Shown here: positions 11,755-23,950 of the stretch, one piece after another
Layout of the letters: each line of letters opens with the position of its first letter
How positions within the stretch are numbered: position 1 is the first letter of the stretch
DNA from: Neoechinorhynchus agilis
Lineage: Eukaryota; Animalia; Acanthocephala
Assembly: GCA_051530055.1 (NCBI GenBank)
Contig: CM121342.1
Span: 3,347,489 to 3,411,488 of the forward strand
Direction of reading: 5' to 3'
Length of the DNA: 64,000 bases
Made by a program: the position numbers and the translations under genes
Notes under the pieces: generated by a model
Told to the model about the DNA's origin: nothing
Database searches by the model: none
What the model saw: the letters and a program-made list of their open reading frames with translations, nothing else

Positions 11755-14700
11755 TTAATTGGCGATCGCTGTCCATTTATCCACTTTGGCGGTCCAGTCG
11801 ACGGTGTTGGCCCATGCGAAAGGAAGAGTGGAGCTGAGTCTCAGGAAGGTGCAGCGAAAGCTCTGGCGTTGTTCGGGCGGTCGTCCTCTAGAATAGAAGA
11901 CTAGACCAGATATGGCCCATGAGTTCCAAATAGATCTGCAAATCTTTGGATTGAGGCCTAGTCGGGCAGCACGCTTTGCTTTAGCATTGGCACATTTGAA
12001 GAGGCGTTTCATCTTATGTCAGCCGAGACTGAAAGATTACTGGTAAGGGTATAACCTAGAATGTTGAGTCTTTGCTATACCGGGAAAAAATCAAGGGCGA
12101 AAAACTTCTTGGCAAAGTCTCTAATGCGTCGCTTACCAACGACGGATTTTGATTTTATTAAAAACTTGGTCTTTTTATTATTTAAGGCAAGACCCATGTG
12201 AGGGAGTTTTTCTTTTAAGAAATTCTGAACTGCAGCAAGCTTCGCTCGAGCTCGCGTTCTTTTATTACCACGGTGAGATCATCCGCGTACATGGTGATAG
12301 AATGACAGACTTTGCAGTTTTGAACAATATATTGGGAGGCCAAACAGAAAAGAATCGGTGATAGAGGGGAGCCTTGGGGAACTCCTTTAACCTGAAAGTA
12401 AACTGAGCGAGCGGGGTCGTCCGAGAAAAAGAACCGTTTGGACTTCAAGGTATTGTGAACCCTAGCTATGAAATTGAAAGGAAAATTAAAAAACCGCAAA
12501 ATACTCAGGATAAAATCAATATCGATATTGCCGAATGCCTTGCTGATATCAAAAGAAATCAAGATATTCATAACACGACGGTTCTGGCCAAAATTGAGTA
12601 TAATTTCGTTCATAGCAGAGTGGACTGATTTGCCGGGAACGAAGCCATGGCATCGCTTATCGATGATATTATGCTCACAGGAGAACGCGACGATCCGCTT
12701 TGCCAATATTCTCTCATAGATGGAGACCAACGAGTTTTGAATGGAAATTGGTCTCACATCTCCCGGAGAAGATATTGATCGAACCTTACCTTTGCGTAGG
12801 AAAATCCTTTTCGCAATATTAATTTCGGACCATTCTTCAGGTGAGGCTAATAGCATGACACTGGCCAATAATGAAATGTTATCCCTACTCAAGACGTTGG
12901 TTGCTTTGAAACAAGCTGAAGAGCCGTTGCATGAGGTAAGATTCTTAGACGTCCACCATTGTAAAAAATCTTTTTTGGTGAGATCAAGTCTCCGTGGTTT
13001 AGGAAGTATGAAGCTAGTGGCGATGGGAATCGGACTGGCACCGTTGGAGTGTTCGGAGCAAAGTGCGCTGATGACTGTGTCAAAGCCTAAAGCTCTGATC
13101 CAGGCGGCAGCTGCCCTTTTCCATGGGAAGGAGCGCTTCCGGTTTACTACTCTCCACCATTCCGATGAGTGGGGTAGGTAAGAGCTGATCATTTTGCGAT
13201 CTTGGGCGATCTGGAATCTGGCTTTGCACGGCCAGTAGAGAGATGACCAAAACTTAGAGGAACTGGTGTCGCCCGCTGCCTTAGCTTTAAAGAGCTCCTT
13301 ACCGTAAAGGGATAATAGATTGGGTTTCCGAGGTATTCCTACGGATCTCCTGACGGTAGTAAGGAAATTGTCACTAGTGTCAGCCAGAAAATTGTTGATA
13401 TCGTTTAGCTCGGTGGATTTTGAACCAGACAAAAAAAGCGGGTAACAGCATTGAAGAGACTGACATTCAACCATCTCAATTTGAACTTTCGCGATAAACG
13501 AACGTTCTTGTCGAGCTCCCAAACTAACAAGTCGTGCCCAGCGACCCGAAAGGGAGAAGATAGAAGTTAAAATAGGTTTGTAAAAACCAGTTTTGCGGTA
13601 TAGATGAAGATCCGTCAGTAAAAGTAGGATAATCGGGCATAATAATGTTGTGGGACTCTCCAGAACGAATAATAGAATTGATCCATTTATGCGAAGGATC
13701 ATTGAAATCGCCAAAACAATAGTCAATACCGGTCCCTAAGATGTTCTTCAGTATGGACTTATTACAAGGGAGATGTATCTTATGAGGCCGGACATAGATA
13801 TTTGCTAATAAAAGTTCAGAGCCATTAAAACAAACTAAAAAAATTGAATAAGACAGATCATCGGAGGAATACGATGTAATCTGTGTAGGACCGAGAGAAG
13901 GCCGGAAAAAAGACAGTTGACCCTGGGAATTCGGCGAATGAGGAGGGGTACAAAATATGACAAATTGTTCCGTCAGTGAGCTGAGACATTGAGGTAGGTC
14001 ATGAACATTATAGACAGACTTGGACTCCTGAATAAAGATGGTGCTGCACCTCAAGGCCTCTGAGAGCTGTCCATGGATACTTAGCCGTCCACCAGAATTC
14101 CACTGCACGATCCTTAACTCCGTGCTGCGCACTCTTGAATAAGTTTGTGACCTCCCGCGGCACAAACCTGAGATTGTTCTTGGATAATATCCCGAACGAA
14201 GAGTTCGTTCTCGGACATCTCAACGTCTGAGTTGGGCAAGTTCGGATTGACGGGAGACGCTTTACGGATACGTTTGCAGGAAATCGGGCTGTCGATAGAT
14301 CCATGAGGAAACATGTTGTCCAGTCGTGAGGATATAGTCGCCATTAGTGCGTCCAGATGAGAGGCCAATCTTTTCTCGAGTCCTTGTATAGCCATATTTA
14401 TCCGGAGATCTACCATCTGCATGATCTTATCCGAAAATTGGCGAAGTTTTCCATCGATAGAATCTTGGTTGGGTGACATTCGCTCAGAGCGCCATTCGTT
14501 CGATGGCGGAGGGGCAGATTCATGGACTACTTGCTTGTTTGGTGCCTGACATACGATGCTAGCATTGTTGTTTGCGGACGGTTTCGTTTGAGCCCAATGG
14601 AGATATTGCTTGAAAACCGGACAGGATTTCGAAAAGGCGCAATGTCCTGTCTTCTTACAGTTGGCGCAACATTTTGTATCCTTCGGACAAGCTGATGAAT

Positions 14701-15559
14701 GGTGGTTGCACGCGCAAAATGCGCAAACGGACTTTTTTGTAGGGCATCTTTGTGACCAATGTCCCCAGGATTGGCAGATGCTGCAGCGTGGGAACGTGAA
14801 GTCGTCCAGTCTCGATATCTCGTTCATGGAAAAATTGACTTCCATTCCCTGAAAGCAACATCTCTCACTTATTAGCGCATCTCTCCGATCAACCGGAGCT
14901 TTTACTACCGCCCTATGAATAAGCTTGGCTGTACGGGCCGATTTGAGGAAGAATAGAATCTCACAAGCAAACTTGTTCTCGAACGATTTTTTCTGCAGCA
15001 TCGATGTCGCGAGAAAATCCATTCACTAGGAAGGTTGATTAGTAGCTTGCGTTTGTAATTTGAACGTTAGACGTGTCGCAATTCATTTCGAGCCATTAAA
15101 GTATATTTTTAATTGGCCGGCGAAATATGTAGTAGAGGTGATTCTTATGATGTCATCATTGAGCGTTTTGAGCCACGGGGACAGTAATCGTTTAAATAGT
15201 TCTTCTCGTGATAGAACGGGATTAGCTTTTAAAGATATAACGTTGGATTTTTTCTTCGAAGGTGCCTCCAAGAAGACGAGTTCCTCGGGCGAGCTGGTTG
15301 GATTGTTTAGTTCAGAGAGCAACAACTCTCTTGTTGCAGAAGATACGGTTATCTTCAGTGTATTTGGTGGCCGAATGCCACCCTCCGCTAACGCCTGAAC
15401 GTTAATTGACATGGACGACTCAAGGTGATCGAGGATAAGTTTTGTCGTGAGATTGATGAGGCGAGGTTTACTCCTTTGAAGTAATGTTTTATCCCGGGGG
15501 TTTGCGATACCAACTAAAATCCGTGACCTGATTAAATTTGAAGGCATCTCTTCCCACAC
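11755..15559 (-). mobile_element. near-complete APE-RT LINE (Jockey/I-like group), frameshifted
   Basis: ORF1 with three CCHC knuckles RCSICQSWGHWSQRC..CAFCACNHHSSAC..CANCKKTGHCAFSKSCP (14114-15022; N-terminus 15083-15559). APE VQWNSGG..FIQES..NIYVRP..GDFN (13524-14165). RT RPISI..HGFVPGKS..DISKAF..GVPQGSPLSPILF..YADD (12215-13726). Confidence 0.9.
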
Positions 15560-16150
15560 TCAACATTTGACGAATCTCTTTTGATTAAAAAGGATAAACC
15601 CTCATAAAAATGACTAATTTCCCGACCAATAGTAATCTACATTTTTCATTTATGACTTACAATGCATTTCGGGCCAATCGCTCCCCAGAATCCTTTTGCC
15701 CTTTATCGCATTCTCAAATCCTGGTCATTTATTATTTCACGAAACTGGGTCATGTTTGCTAGTTAATAGCAGTAAATATGATTCCTTCTTCTTAAATCCT
15801 AATCCATCACCTAATGGAGACCGCTTGGGTTTCTCAAGAGGGTTACAATCCTTTCTAAACAAAAATCTTAAAGTCAAATTGCTCTTTCAAACAAAAAACT
15901 CCAAACTTTGCCAACTCTTCCTATTTGCTCTCTCCCTTTTCTGGATCCACGCTTTTTATTTCAAACATATACATTAACCCACGCAAGGTTTCTCTTTTTT
16001 TTATTAAAACCAAGATGAAAAACCTCCTTTTTTGGGACACGGATTTTATTATAGCAGAATTTAATAGCAAATATCTCAGGATTTTTAGACCCTTTTTAAC
16101 AATCATTTACTACACCTACCAAAATTCCCATCCTTTAATAATTATACTTA
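15560..16150 (-). repeat. putative LINE 5' region, duplicated at 45000-45590
   Basis: Near-identical to 45000-45590; lies directly upstream of ORF1. Confidence 0.6.
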
Positions 16151-17260
16151 TTCTTTAGACGGATTTTTTCCAAAGAAAGTCTTACCCATGATCTGTTTCT
16201 CATATAAAGGTATAAATATCAAGGATAAAATTAATTTAAACGAAACATATATTAATCTCTTCATCTGTCTCATATCAAACACTCTGTCATCGTCTTCGAA
16301 GGTCTCCTGCACCTTTTTGAAACTCCTGGAAACCATCTTCGATTACACCACTATTATTTTCTAAGATATTTTTTTATTATGCTTCAGCATGCGAACCTGA
16401 ACCTAAGTATCTACTTTGCGACGGAACTCACGTCAAACCGAAGTACTCCAATAATTTTGCCATTAAATGTACGAATGGTTTTGCTTGTTTCAATCATACG
16501 AAAAACAATTTTGAAAAAAGCCTAGAGATAACGTATTTTTAACAGCAGCAAATAACTTTAGCACTAAATTGTAAAGACCTTTAGAATTTGTTGAAGAAAC
16601 AAAGTCAAATGAAACGTTAATGTAATCGTTCCGGCGAAAAGCTACAGCTATAAAACCTTTTGCATAAATGCAAAAATTGGTTTTTGGAAATATGAATTCA
16701 TTTCCTTCAGGATGTCGATGCTTCGCGGTCACATTTACATCTTCAATGTCCATTTTCATCCCGAATTGTGGAATTGAGACAAACAAAGATCTTCATCGAT
16801 GGATACAAAAAAATTTCTTTTATTTTTTCGGTGCCCTCTGAAGCGTCCGAGCGGACACTGTACTCGTCATTGGGCTTTGGCCTGAAGCCGCAACTTACTG
16901 TAAATTGTTTCGAGATAGAAGTGAAAGTTAGAAAGCTGTTTTTCGCAGTGAGAGTTCGTTAGCGAAAATCGATGCTCTTTTGATGTTCTTTGAAAAGTGA
17001 GCCTTACCTTAACTCACGGAGAAAAACTTCTTGCGCTCTTCGCTATCTTTGATCTCGTCAATAAACACCTTACCTTGAAAGTTGCGGCGAATCCAACAAA
17101 GCTTAAGAACTAAAATTATACTTAATTTCTACCATCGAATAGAAGGCTCTATGAATCTTTGCTAAAAACAAAAGTGAGTGAAATGTAAAAATAGTTAAAA
17201 TAAATCGTGCATTCATAGATTAACTTCATTAAGGTTAAGTCAAGAGTTTCCATCGCAAAC
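16150..17260 (-). pseudogene. module K copy 1: unknown gene remnant with signal-peptide-like start (MNARFILTIFTF)
   Basis: Five copies in the window. Successive open frames on the minus strand, including 16490-16786. Confidence 0.55.
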
Positions 17261-17265
17261 TCTAC

Positions 17266-18078
17266 TTATTGTACAACAACATTTCTTTGAACTTTTCTCT
17301 CAGTTGAGAGGTCGTTCTTTCCAGCATTGTCGTTTTTAGTTTTTTTTCTCCTTTCCCAGCGTCTTGAATCTCTGCTCACACTGTCCTCCCACCTCTTCTT
17401 GGGCCTCCCTCTTCTCGTTTTCCCCTCGAGTTCGATTCTCCATGCGCTCTTCACCCAGTCGTCTTCATTTGCTTGTTTCACCTGCAGGTACCATCGCATC
17501 CGCCTCTTTGCGATTGCCTCCTCGATCGGCTCGGCATTAAACAGCTTTCGCACCTCCTCATTGGGCACTCGATCCTTGCGTGTCAATCCTGCGGACCATC
17601 TCGGCTTCCGCATTTCGTTGACGGCTAATCGTTGAACGTCTTCCTTCTTCATATCCCACTTCTCTGCTCCGTGGTGCATGGCGGGTCGCACTACTTCATT
17701 GTACACCCGCCGTTTCGGGAGACGCTTATCGCAAGGGATGCCTGTTGTCTTCCTCCAGTTGTTCCACCCGCATTGAACTCTTTGTCCGATCTCTGGTTCG
17801 AGCTCACATTGCATGTTCAACATGCTGCCAAAATGTTTGAAGGTGTTCATCTTTTTGATGTGAGTTCCTTGCATATCGAGGTTACCCGGCCCCATTTATT
17901 TCGTTTTGCGCCTGCTCACTCTCAACTCTTTGCTCTCCAATCGTTGTCGCCAACTCTTCAGCAAACTCTTGAGCGTGTCCACGTCTCTAGCTGTGAGCAC
18001 CAAATCGTCCGCGAATAGTATCGTCCATGGCGGGTTCATTTCTCTTTCCGCATTTCCTAGGACGTCCATCACGATCGT
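17266..18078 (-). mobile_element. RTE-clade LINE family 1, 3' half (RT C-terminal part)
   Basis: PWTILFADDLVL; FKHFGSML; EIGQRVQCGWNNWRK..CDKR; EMRKPRW..GLTRKDRVPNE; RRMRWY. Confidence 0.9.
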
Positions 18079-19430
18079 CTCGCTGATAACTCATTCTCGT
18101 CTTCATTAAGGACCTTTTAATTGCCCAATTCGGATATCCCTCCTCTCTGAGCATTGATGTTATTGAGTCAATTTCTTGCCTCTGTCCTTTCGCCTCGGAG
18201 CATATTCTCTTTGCTCTCCTGAATAAGGCATCCGATGCTGCTATCTTGTATCTCACAGGAGAATGTGATGTCCATTTACTTGTGTGCCAGTTTATGTTGG
18301 GTTTTCTGTATACCTTTGTTTCGATTCTGTCCACATGTTTCACTATTTCCACTTCCAGAAAAGATATGCGATTGTTTTTCTCTCGCTTACTTTAAACCCC
18401 TAAATCACTGGGATCATTGTTGAATACCATGCAAACATCATCAACATATCTCCACCAGTGTGTTAATCCTCTTATATCGTTTTTTATATCCTTCCGCCAC
18501 TCCGTCCACTTGCTCGAAAATACTGTCGTTGAATTTGAATGCTGATTTTTTCGTGCATAGAGTTAGTAGTTTAGACCATGTGATCAAGTCCAATTTTGGT
18601 ACGCCACAGTTTTTCTCGAGTATTATAGCCGTCAACTCAATGGTCTCTTGAAGAGGATTGTTAGTGAATAAAGATTTAATATCGGCCGTTATAAACCATG
18701 ATGTGTTTGATGGAAGATTCCGCACTTCTTCTGCTAATATTGGTCCGTTTAAAACTCCATGTTCGTTTAGTGGTCTACAGCCCCTAATACACGTGTTCAG
18801 CATTTTCGCCAACGAGTGGTTAAACGACAAATACGCCGCTAAGACCGTTCTGATTTGGAGTTTCGGCTTATGTATCTTAGATAGTAGATACATGTTTGCG
18901 GTTGTTGCATTATTAGATCTACATCTTCGGAATGTCTCCTCCGTGATTTTAGCTGCTTTCTTCAACTCTAGCAATATTTTGTTCATTTCTTTTCCCCTCT
19001 TTTCTGTAGGATCATGATCAAGTGTGTTGAATTGTTCTGACCGTAATAACCCGTAACCTGCTTGAATATAGTCTGCTGAGTTCAAAATAACTAACTCGAG
19101 CCCTTTGTCTGCTTTACATATGCAAATTGATGCAACTTTTGACAAAATTTTCAGAGCAGCTCTTTGTTCCGGCGTCAAGTTATCGTCTTTTCGGCACTTC
19201 TCAGACATTCGTCTCGCTCTCAGATCATAATCCATAATTCCACCTATCATGTCGTTCGGCAATCTACTGACTATGATTTCTGTGTCACATCGCATTTCTA
19301 TATCCTTAACCTTTGTTTTAGGTATGAAATTCGGTCCAAGTCTTAGAACCTCCTCCTCTGATTCGGATAACCTCCGGTCCGACCAGTTTATGATAATTAT
19401 ATTCATCGCTGCTTACGTAATCGAAGCATT
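18079..19430 (-). mobile_element. Penelope-like element 2, N-terminus and partial RT, 3' truncated
   Basis: LSESEEEVLRLGPNFIP; KADKG..VILN..Y; ITADIKSLFTN; FKFNDSIFEQVDGVA; TKVYRKP..H..HSP (ORFs 18441-19406, 17987-18352). Confidence 0.88.
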
Positions 19431-19526
19431 GCCTTTAATTGAGGTCTCTTTCCAATATAACCCGATTTGGGCCGATTTAATTAAATTCAAATTGTTTGTA
19501 TTGGCTAAAAAATAAAATAAATAACA

Positions 19527-21048
19527 ATGAGTATTGGCGAAAAGTCAAACCCAATGATGAGCAATGGTGCGATTGCATCTCAGACGGCACATAAAAAATG
19601 AAGATAATCAACGGAGGGGTTTTAGCGAGGGTGAAGATTATTCAATATCCGTCGAATTGCATTCAATGATAATTTTCTAAAAAGCGTTCACGTTCATTTT
19701 AAAAAGATTTGCCTTAAAAATAAACCGTTGATGTGCAATCAGTTAATTTTTAAATAAGGAAAAGAATTTGTTATCAATTTCGGTCGGTCCTGAAACCGAG
19801 ATCGTCAGAGTCGAATATTCCGACAGATTCAATCGATGATTTTATCAATTCAAGTGTAAAAAACCTCAAAAACGACCGACGGAATTGAGATAATCGGAGG
19901 TGAACATTGTCTCTATCGACTGAGAAAAAGATTAATAATCTAACCGATGGATACGACTAAAGAATTTAGGCGAACAAAAAGTTTTTAAAAACTTTCACAT
20001 CTCCGCTTCGGTCTTTTTTTGTAGTGGTCGAAAGGACGAATTCAGCGTTTCTCTGAGATCAGTTTTTTGCGTAAAACATTAGTCCGCAATCGTGGAATAC
20101 GCAACGCAAACAATTACGTCACTTCGAAAGCATCCAAAGGCGAGGGAGGGCCGATAATCTCGTTTTTGTGTTCGAGATTTCATCTGCGACCTAGAAATTT
20201 GCTTTTGTTTTTGCTTAATAGCCCACAAATTTGATGCCAAGAAAAGTTTACGCTTAAAATCAGCATTTATCGTTTCCTTTTGATGATATTCGATAATCGT
20301 TGATATAGAAGACGATGTTCAATTGACTCATTTAGTCATAGATGAGCTTATTAATGGATTTACGGGAAAAACGATATTTACAAACATTCATCGAAAGGTA
20401 GGCAATTTTTGTTTAACCACAAATTAATTCGCCTTCGTTTTAAGGAAAGGTCTTAAATTTTCGGCTGAATCAATGAGATGCAGATTTCTTAAGATGATTT
20501 TCCATCGCCTTCACAGATACCAAATATTCGTCAAAGGTTTTCTCTTCCTTTTGAAAAAAAACGTTGACTAACAAATCAATCGATATTGTCGGTTATTGTA
20601 AATCACGCAGCTTTCAAGATGTCAATTCTGAAAGGATTTCATGTTTGCGAATCCGATGTAAACGACGAAGTGAAAATCGAAGAGTTTATGGATCTTCCTG
20701 GTAAGGAGAATCAGGGCGATTCAATTTCTGAGGTCCTCAAGACCAATAAACATGACGCAGCGACTCAGACGTTGGGACAAGAACCATTTAGATTTAAATC
20801 TCCTTTGGAGTTAATCAAAAACATTGATGTGAATTATAGAGATTTGAGAAAATTGGGTGAGAATGTTTTAGATGCAGCGGACAGGCGACTGTACGCCATG
20901 GTAATGGCGCAGCAAACAAACCAACATGGAATCGATTTTTCTCAAGAATAAATTATGTAAACGCTTTCTTTAGCTTAAGATAGCCGTTAAATTTTATCGA
21001 AGGTTGCTTTCGGGCGGTTTTCAATTTTTATTAATGGCGAATTTTTAC
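19527..21048 (+). repeat. module U copy 2, including a 121-codon open frame (20586-20951)
   Basis: Matches copies 1, 3 and 4. Frame ...SILKGFHVCESDV...AQQTNQHGIDFSQE* is also open at 48793-49158. Confidence 0.8.
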
Positions 21049-21201
21049 CGCCAGAATTTAAAAGGATATCTCATGGAAAAATTCCCGCACTGGAAGCCAA
21101 CGAATTCAGGGGGATTAATATACTTATTAGTCGAAGTAAAAGACTGAAATATTCGAGTTAAATTCGACATTCAATCTCACTCATTCTGCCTCGATCAACT
21201 T

Positions 21202-21561
21202 TCAACGAGACTTAGGTATAAACACATCTTTGTCAAATACTTTTTCAGTATACCTGTCAACTCTGACAAGTTCAAAATAATGCATACCAATTTCCTTGTT
21301 CTTAACAAATCCATCCGTATTTTCAACCGCATTAACGATACGCGTCCTTTTTTTGTAGTAAAAAGGTCCAATATTGACATAGAAAACTTTCTTTCCATGA
21401 AATCTATAGGCTTCAAGAAAATCTCTCCAGCGAATAGAAGCACGCGCAATTTCCTCGGCCACTTCCGGTGCATCCGTGATTACACAAAACCGCATAAACA
21501 ACATAATGTTGTTTTGCTCTGGTTTACAAATACGACAGCGTATAAAATATTTTCCTGGCAT
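21202..21561 (-). CDS. module M ORF, unknown 119-aa protein (CRIC motif); best-preserved copy
   Basis: ATG..TGA. Other copies are frameshifted or fused. No recognisable domain. Confidence 0.4.
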   Translation of the reverse strand: MPGKYFIRCRICKPEQNNIMLFMRFCVITDAPEVAEEIARASIRWRDFLEAYRFHGKKVFYVNIGPFYYKKRTRIVNAVENTDGFVKNKEIGMHYFELVRVDRYTEKVFDKDVFIPKSR

Positions 21562-21934
21562 TAAATAACCTGAAAGCGGATTATATCCTTTTAAATGTAC
21601 GAACGGCAGGTTATTTCAAGAATTATTGACATGATCACTCGTTCTAGAAATCCTGCTACTAATCAAAGTACAACCATCGAAGACAATGAATTGTATTAAT
21701 AAAAAATGTGACGATATTCTCTTTTATCTAAGATGCGTGCACTTACAATTTGTTTTTTTAGTGCGTTTATAAACATTCGGCCTTTTTTTACAAAAATAAA
21801 AATCGCATTAATGTTTCGAATTAAAAGGTGACACATTTGTGCCATTATTTATTATATAACTTTGTTATTAAATTCTATGGAGGGAACGTGACACATTCAT
21901 CGTTCATATTTATTTAAACCGAACGTAAGTTTGT

Positions 21935-23950
21935 TTAAAGCTCAACGCTTTTAAATATTGGATATAATATATCACACGCCTTCGACAGTTCATCGTAATT
22001 TCTGCCATTCATTACTATCTTTCCTGTTGTATAAGCCTCAATCTTAACATCGATTTCTTCTATGGCTACATTTGCCCCATGGGAAATTTCCGGCTCGTAA
22101 AAGAATTTGCTTAGCTTTCTCGTTATCGGATCTTTCTTCGCCCATAAATTGAGCAAACGATACATATCGATTTTAAACCGAAAATCGGTTTTAGCTTGAA
22201 TCTTTTTCAAACTATATTCTCGAATTTGAGTCTCCTTCACTCCCGCTTCTGCAAGGCGACGAACTGCATCTTCTGCCAATTCACGGGTCTGATCGATGGT
22301 TCCTGAACAATAGACGACAGCTCGACCAAATCGGTAAAATGTGACTTTACCCGGGGGAGCGTAATGCATTAATATTAAAATCTTTCCATGTTCGTCTGTT
22401 TTGGCATAACTAATTTTTTTGACAAGTTCACGAACGTTGAGCTCACCGACGATATGGAAAGTGGCGACGATGTTATAGACAACTATTTGAAATTTTGAAG
22501 ATTCTTGATTAACTGCCTGTGATTTGTTATCGAGTTGACCTTCTGATTCAGTTCCGGGCTTTTGAAGTGAACATCGTCTTTTTCTCTCTTTGTTAATCAA
22601 ATGAATATTTCGTTGTTTCACTCTTGTATCTGAAAAATCTTGATTTTTCGTCGGGTCCGCATGAACTTCATATTTACGTTCAAGATTGGGCATTGATTGA
22701 ACCGAATGTCTTCTCGGAATTTCGGGAACCATATCGCGATATTCGTGTAATATAAATTCGCCACTTGAAATCAACTTGCTGGGGTCAAAGATTCTACTTG
22801 TTATTAATTGCGGATCAGTGTAAGTATTTGGTACTGAATCGATTTGTGTTGACTTTACTTTATGACTTAAACAAGTTATTGAAGGTGTGCTTTGTCGTGA
22901 TAAAGAGCTGAGCTGGCGAATTCGACTAGAATAATTCGTAGTGGATTCATGTACTTGCTCTTGATTTAAATCGGATAAATGTCTATTTGGCGCACTAAGA
23001 AATTGAGATGGCAATTGTTGCCGACTGAAATGTCGAGCTAGTCCAGGATATTGATTGACGGATAGTCTGGTAGGTGGATGAACTATTTGTTGAGATCGTT
23101 GTTGGGAGGGATGAATTTGGTGTTGATCGACCGCATGTGGATTTCTGTACGAATCAACTAATGAATTAGTTCTTTTATGTAAATGTTGTTGTGGCTGTGT
23201 TGGTCGAGAATGAATCCTGTTTGAAATATTTGAACATCTACTAGCCATGAACTGATTATACAAATCAGGTTCTGAAATCGGACAATTCGGCTGCTGTGAA
23301 TGTCGTGACTGGATTGGGCGTTCTATCGATTGGCTTTCCAGTTCTTGGCGCGGATCTGATCCACTTGGATTGGGCGAATTTGATAAAACCGTAAAATCAT
23401 TTGGATGAAGTCGCTGATTTGGATACAATGGCTGTACATAAACGAACTGTGATGGCAATTGTTGCCGACTGAAATGTCGAGCTAGTCCACGATATTGATT
23501 GACGGATAGTCTAGTAGGTGGATGAACTAATTGTTGAGATCGTTGTTGGGAGGGATGAATTTGGTGTAGATCGACCGCATGTGGATTTCTATACGAATCA
23601 ACTAATGAATTAGTTCTTTTATGTAAATGTTGTTGTGGCTGTGTTGGTCGAGAATGAATCCTGTTTGAAATATTTGAGCATCTACTAGCCATGTACTGAT
23701 TATACAAATCAGGTTCTGAAATCGGACAATTCGGCTGTTGTGAATGTCGTGACTGGATTGGGCGTTCTATCGATTGGCTTAACCCTTCTTGATGTTGTAA
23801 CGATCCACGTGCATTGGGCCAATTAGATAAACCCGTAAAGTCATTTAGATGAAGTCGCTGATTTGGATTTGTTGATGTCATTCGAATTGTTCGTGGTCTG
23901 TTGTCCCATGAACGTACTTTAAGTTTTGGTCGTTTGTTTCCGTCATTCAT
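21935..23950 (-). CDS. highly divergent TBP-like (TRF/TLF-type) factor with long Q/S/H/P-rich N-terminal extension
   Basis: First ATG at 23950 (ORF track starts at GTG 24037); TAA at 21935. The C-terminal ~185 aa align by eye to the TBP saddle: YNIVATFH..ELNV..L; P.GKVTFYRFGRAVV; KIQAKTDFRFKIDM; FYEPEISHG; KIEAYTTGKIVMNG; AC..LYPIF. Confidence 0.85.
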   Translation of the reverse strand: MNDGNKRPKLKVRSWDNRPRTIRMTSTNPNQRLHLNDFTGLSNWPNARGSLQHQEGLSQSIERPIQSRHSQQPNCPISEPDLYNQYMASRCSNISNRIHSRPTQPQQHLHKRTNSLVDSYRNPHAVDLHQIHPSQQRSQQLVHPPTRLSVNQYRGLARHFSRQQLPSQFVYVQPLYPNQRLHPNDFTVLSNSPNPSGSDPRQELESQSIERPIQSRHSQQPNCPISEPDLYNQFMASRCSNISNRIHSRPTQPQQHLHKRTNSLVDSYRNPHAVDQHQIHPSQQRSQQIVHPPTRLSVNQYPGLARHFSRQQLPSQFLSAPNRHLSDLNQEQVHESTTNYSSRIRQLSSLSRQSTPSITCLSHKVKSTQIDSVPNTYTDPQLITSRIFDPSKLISSGEFILHEYRDMVPEIPRRHSVQSMPNLERKYEVHADPTKNQDFSDTRVKQRNIHLINKERKRRCSLQKPGTESEGQLDNKSQAVNQESSKFQIVVYNIVATFHIVGELNVRELVKKISYAKTDEHGKILILMHYAPPGKVTFYRFGRAVVYCSGTIDQTRELAEDAVRRLAEAGVKETQIREYSLKKIQAKTDFRFKIDMYRLLNLWAKKDPITRKLSKFFYEPEISHGANVAIEEIDVKIEAYTTGKIVMNGRNYDELSKACDILYPIFKSVEL
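23001..23872. repeat. 444-bp (148-codon) in-frame tandem duplication within the TBP-like gene
   Basis: GATGGCAATTG at 23007 and 23451; GAAGTCGCTGATTTGGA at 23407 and 23851. Confidence 0.95.

Noticed and set aside
16900-17150. Multi-exon model for module K with 23-72 nt introns (GTAAGG donors, CTAAC branch-like motif)
   Set aside because: A frame-consistent model can be drawn, but the first donor GT is absent in three of five copies; not supportable without RNA data.
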